Origin: Deltaproteobacteria bacterium
Lineage (GTDB): Bacteria > Desulfobacterota > Dissulfuribacteria > Dissulfuribacterales > DYLC01
Direction of reading: 5' to 3'
NCBI GenBank assembly: GCA_028695735.1
Contig: JAQVIJ010000004.1
Location: 64,671 to 128,670, forward strand
DNA length: 64,000 nucleotides
Shown: positions 61,810-64,000 of the stretch, one piece after another
Position numbering within the stretch: the first letter of the stretch is position 1
Layout of the letters: the number at the start of each line of letters is the position of its first letter
The notes under the pieces: model-generated
Told to the model about the DNA's origin: nothing
Database searches by the model: none
What the model saw: the letters and a program-made list of their open reading frames with translations, nothing else
Made by a program: the position numbers and the translations under genes

Positions 61810-63759
61810 ATGATTCGCGTGGATATGGAACAACAGGTCAATTTGACTTCTGAACAACTGGCAGGGTTTCAGGAGATGTGGAAGAGGTGTGCGACCCGTA
61901 TTCTGCTTTCCACGAGTCTTGCTGCAAGTGGTCATCCGGGTGGTTCCCTTTCGTCTCTGCACAGTCTGCTGGTGTTGTATGCGGTGATGAGGCATAGACC
62001 CGATATGCCTGACTGGGAGGACAGGGACAGACTGGTCATGAGTATCGGCCATGTCTCTCCAGCGGTTTATAGCGTGTTGGTAGAGCACGGATATCTTTCA
62101 GAGGAACAATTTCTGACGGAGTTCAGAAGGGCTGGCTCTTCCTGCGCTGGTCATGTGGAGATGGCTGTGCCTGGTGTGGAATGGAACACCGGCAATCTTG
62201 GCCAGGGGCTTTCCGTGGGGACAGGTTTTGCTGCCGCCGCTCAGCTTGCAGGCAAGGACTGTAAGACCATAGTCTTTATGGGAGACGGAGAACAACAGAA
62301 GGGCCAGATAGCCGAGGCCCGCAGGTTTGCCTCCAAATACGGCCAGAAGAACCTTTTGGCCATAGTGGACAGAAACCACCTGCAGATAGGTGGAGTTACA
62401 GAAGACGTGATGCCTGTGCGTGTGCAGGAGGAGTATCAGGCTGCGGGCTGGAATGTGGTCTATGTGCCTGATGGCAATGACTTTCAACTGGTTTATCGTG
62501 GGCTTCGCCGTGCGTGGTATCGGGATTATCTGGAGCCGGGGCGTCCCACTCTGGTGGTTATGCGAACCACCATGGGTAAGGGCATATCCTTTATGGAGGA
62601 CAAGGCCAAATATCATGGTTCCACGCTGCCGAAGGATGCCCTTGCCGCTGCCCTGCAAGAGATAGGTGTGGATGCCGGTCTGTTCGATGTCTGGAAGGCA
62701 AGGCGGGATGGCCATGTGGTCGTGCCTTCCCATCGGGAGTTGCATGCGCCATATCCGGAGATCGAGACCGGAGAACCTGTGCTTTATGGAGCCGATGTAA
62801 AGGCAGACTGCCGTTCCGCATATGGCAATGCCCTGAAGGACCTGGCTGCCTTGAATAACCTGCCAGGCAGGCCGCCCAAGGTAGTGGGAGTGAGTTGTGA
62901 TCTGGAGGGCTCTGTGAAGATGGATGGCCTGAGAAAGGTCTCGCCTCATGCCTTTATTGAATGCGGTATTCAGGAACACCATGCAGCAGTCCTGGCCGGT
63001 GCCCTGAGCCGGTGCGGCATCTCCACATTCTTCAGCACATTCGGCGTGTTTGCCGTGGCAGAGGTCTATAACCAGCAGCGTTTGAACGACCTGAATCAGA
63101 CGAATGTCAAGGTTGTGGCCACACATCTGGGCCTGGATGTGGGAGAGGACGGCCCCACGCACCAGAGCATTGATTATTTAGGCCTGCTGAATAACCTCTT
63201 GGGTTTTTCCATCTTCATGCCTGCGGATGCCAATCAGACCGACCACATCATCCGTTATGCAGCTCGACAGCCAGGCAACATGTTTGTGGGTATGGGACGC
63301 TCCAAGTTTCCAACCATCCTGAATGAAAATGGCGAGCCTTTTTACGGCAAAGACTATGTGTTTCAGCCAGGCAAGGCGGAGTTGTTACGGCAGGGAGAAC
63401 ACGCCAGCATTCTCAGCTACGGCTCCATTCTCTTTGAGGTCTTGAAGGCCGAGGCCTTGTTGCGGAAACAGGGTGTGCGGGTTGATGTCCTGAACATGGC
63501 CTCCATAAGGCCCATGGATGTAAATGCCGTGTTGAACGCAGCTCGCAAGGGGCCTGTCATAACAGTGGAGGATCACCTTGCTCTGACGGGCTTGGGTGCC
63601 ATGGTGGCCCGCATCCTGGTGCAGCACAATGTCTCTCAGAGGTGCCTGATGCTGGGTGTCACTCGATATGGTTCCTCAGGTGCGCCCATTGACCTCTATA
63701 GAGAGCAGGGCCTGCATGCAGAGGGGATCGCAGAGGCCGTTCAGAACCTGATCAAATAG
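61810..63759 (+). CDS. tkt: Transketolase (single-chain)
   Basis: Start at ATG 61810 after aaggag. TPP-binding GHPGGSLS, GNLGQGLSVG and GDGEQQKG, followed by pyrimidine-binding and C-terminal domains. Confidence 0.85.
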   Translation: MIRVDMEQQVNLTSEQLAGFQEMWKRCATRILLSTSLAASGHPGGSLSSLHSLLVLYAVMRHRPDMPDWEDRDRLVMSIGHVSPAVYSVLVEHGYLSEEQFLTEFRRAGSSCAGHVEMAVPGVEWNTGNLGQGLSVGTGFAAAAQLAGKDCKTIVFMGDGEQQKGQIAEARRFASKYGQKNLLAIVDRNHLQIGGVTEDVMPVRVQEEYQAAGWNVVYVPDGNDFQLVYRGLRRAWYRDYLEPGRPTLVVMRTTMGKGISFMEDKAKYHGSTLPKDALAAALQEIGVDAGLFDVWKARRDGHVVVPSHRELHAPYPEIETGEPVLYGADVKADCRSAYGNALKDLAALNNLPGRPPKVVGVSCDLEGSVKMDGLRKVSPHAFIECGIQEHHAAVLAGALSRCGISTFFSTFGVFAVAEVYNQQRLNDLNQTNVKVVATHLGLDVGEDGPTHQSIDYLGLLNNLLGFSIFMPADANQTDHIIRYAARQPGNMFVGMGRSKFPTILNENGEPFYGKDYVFQPGKAELLRQGEHASILSYGSILFEVLKAEALLRKQGVRVDVLNMASIRPMDVNAVLNAARKGPVITVEDHLALTGLGAMVARILVQHNVSQRCLMLGVTRYGSSGAPIDLYREQGLHAEGIAEAVQNLIK

Positions 63760-64000
63760 TATCTGATCCAGATATAGAGCGTAGAGATTGCCACGGACAA
63801 AATGGTGATGGGCACGCCATAGGCCATAAATCTCAAAAATGAAATGGGCCTTCCGGCCTTTTCGGCAAACCCCACCACTATCACATTGGCGGAGGCGCCT
63901 ATGGCCGTAGCGTTTCCGCCAAGACACGCCCCAAGCGCCAGGGACCACCAGATGGGCATGAGGTCTGCGTGTTGCAGCAGTTGCAACCCTGTTTCATGGG
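63741..64000 (-). CDS. ArsB/NhaD-superfamily permease, C-terminal part (5' end outside window)
   Basis: ..WSLALGACLGGNATAIGASANVIVVGFAEKAG.PISF..F...G.P is typical of the last helices of this permease family. The ORF runs off the window edge. Confidence 0.5.
   Translation of the reverse strand, partial: HETGLQLLQHADLMPIWWSLALGACLGGNATAIGASANVIVVGFAEKAGRPISFLRFMAYGVPITILSVAISTLYIWIRYYLIRF

Overview
This 64-kb chromosomal window looks like an anaerobic, sulfate-reducer-like Desulfobacterota (deltaproteobacterial) genome. That is a guess from gene content only. Housekeeping genes separate three accessory blocks. The housekeeping genes are obg-proB-proA-comM at 0-4.5 kb, tRNA-Arg plus a split glutamate-synthase-like operon at 29.6-34.8 kb, and rex, argH, a polyprenyl synthase, mutS, an AmiC-like amidase, pal, skp and tkt at 51-64 kb. 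Block 1 (4.5-9.2 kb) is an AT-rich, tightly coupled four-gene operon. It encodes two paralogous membrane proteins (GspE_N/MshEN-like domain fused to repeated DUF202 modules), a histidine kinase and a CheY-like receiver. Block 2 (11.8-26.5 kb) is a GC-rich 14.5-kb island bounded by perfect 117-bp direct repeats. The repeats duplicate the promoter and first 22 codons of a Cas4/Dna2-like nuclease-helicase gene, and no recombinase is present. The island is one 10-gene operon. Its core is a DUF499 ATPase, a DUF3780-like protein, a DUF1156 DPPY methyltransferase and a PLD-SNF2 helicase. Two insertions interrupt that core: a DarT-DarG toxin-antitoxin pair, and an uncharacterised trio (137-aa protein, KGGVGR-type ParA-like ATPase, second P-loop NTPase). 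Block 3 (35.0-49.2 kb) is a complete type I-C CRISPR-Cas locus: cas3-cas5-cas8c-cas7-cas4-cas1-cas2 with an 88-repeat, 87-spacer array. It carries a stray cas3 HD fragment, several duplicated or overlapping spacers, and a terminal sub-array with a compensatory repeat variant. The best candidate for an undescribed system is the composite island operon, especially the three-gene ATPase module between the methyltransferase and the helicase. All protein family calls come from motif recognition by eye, and no database search was run.
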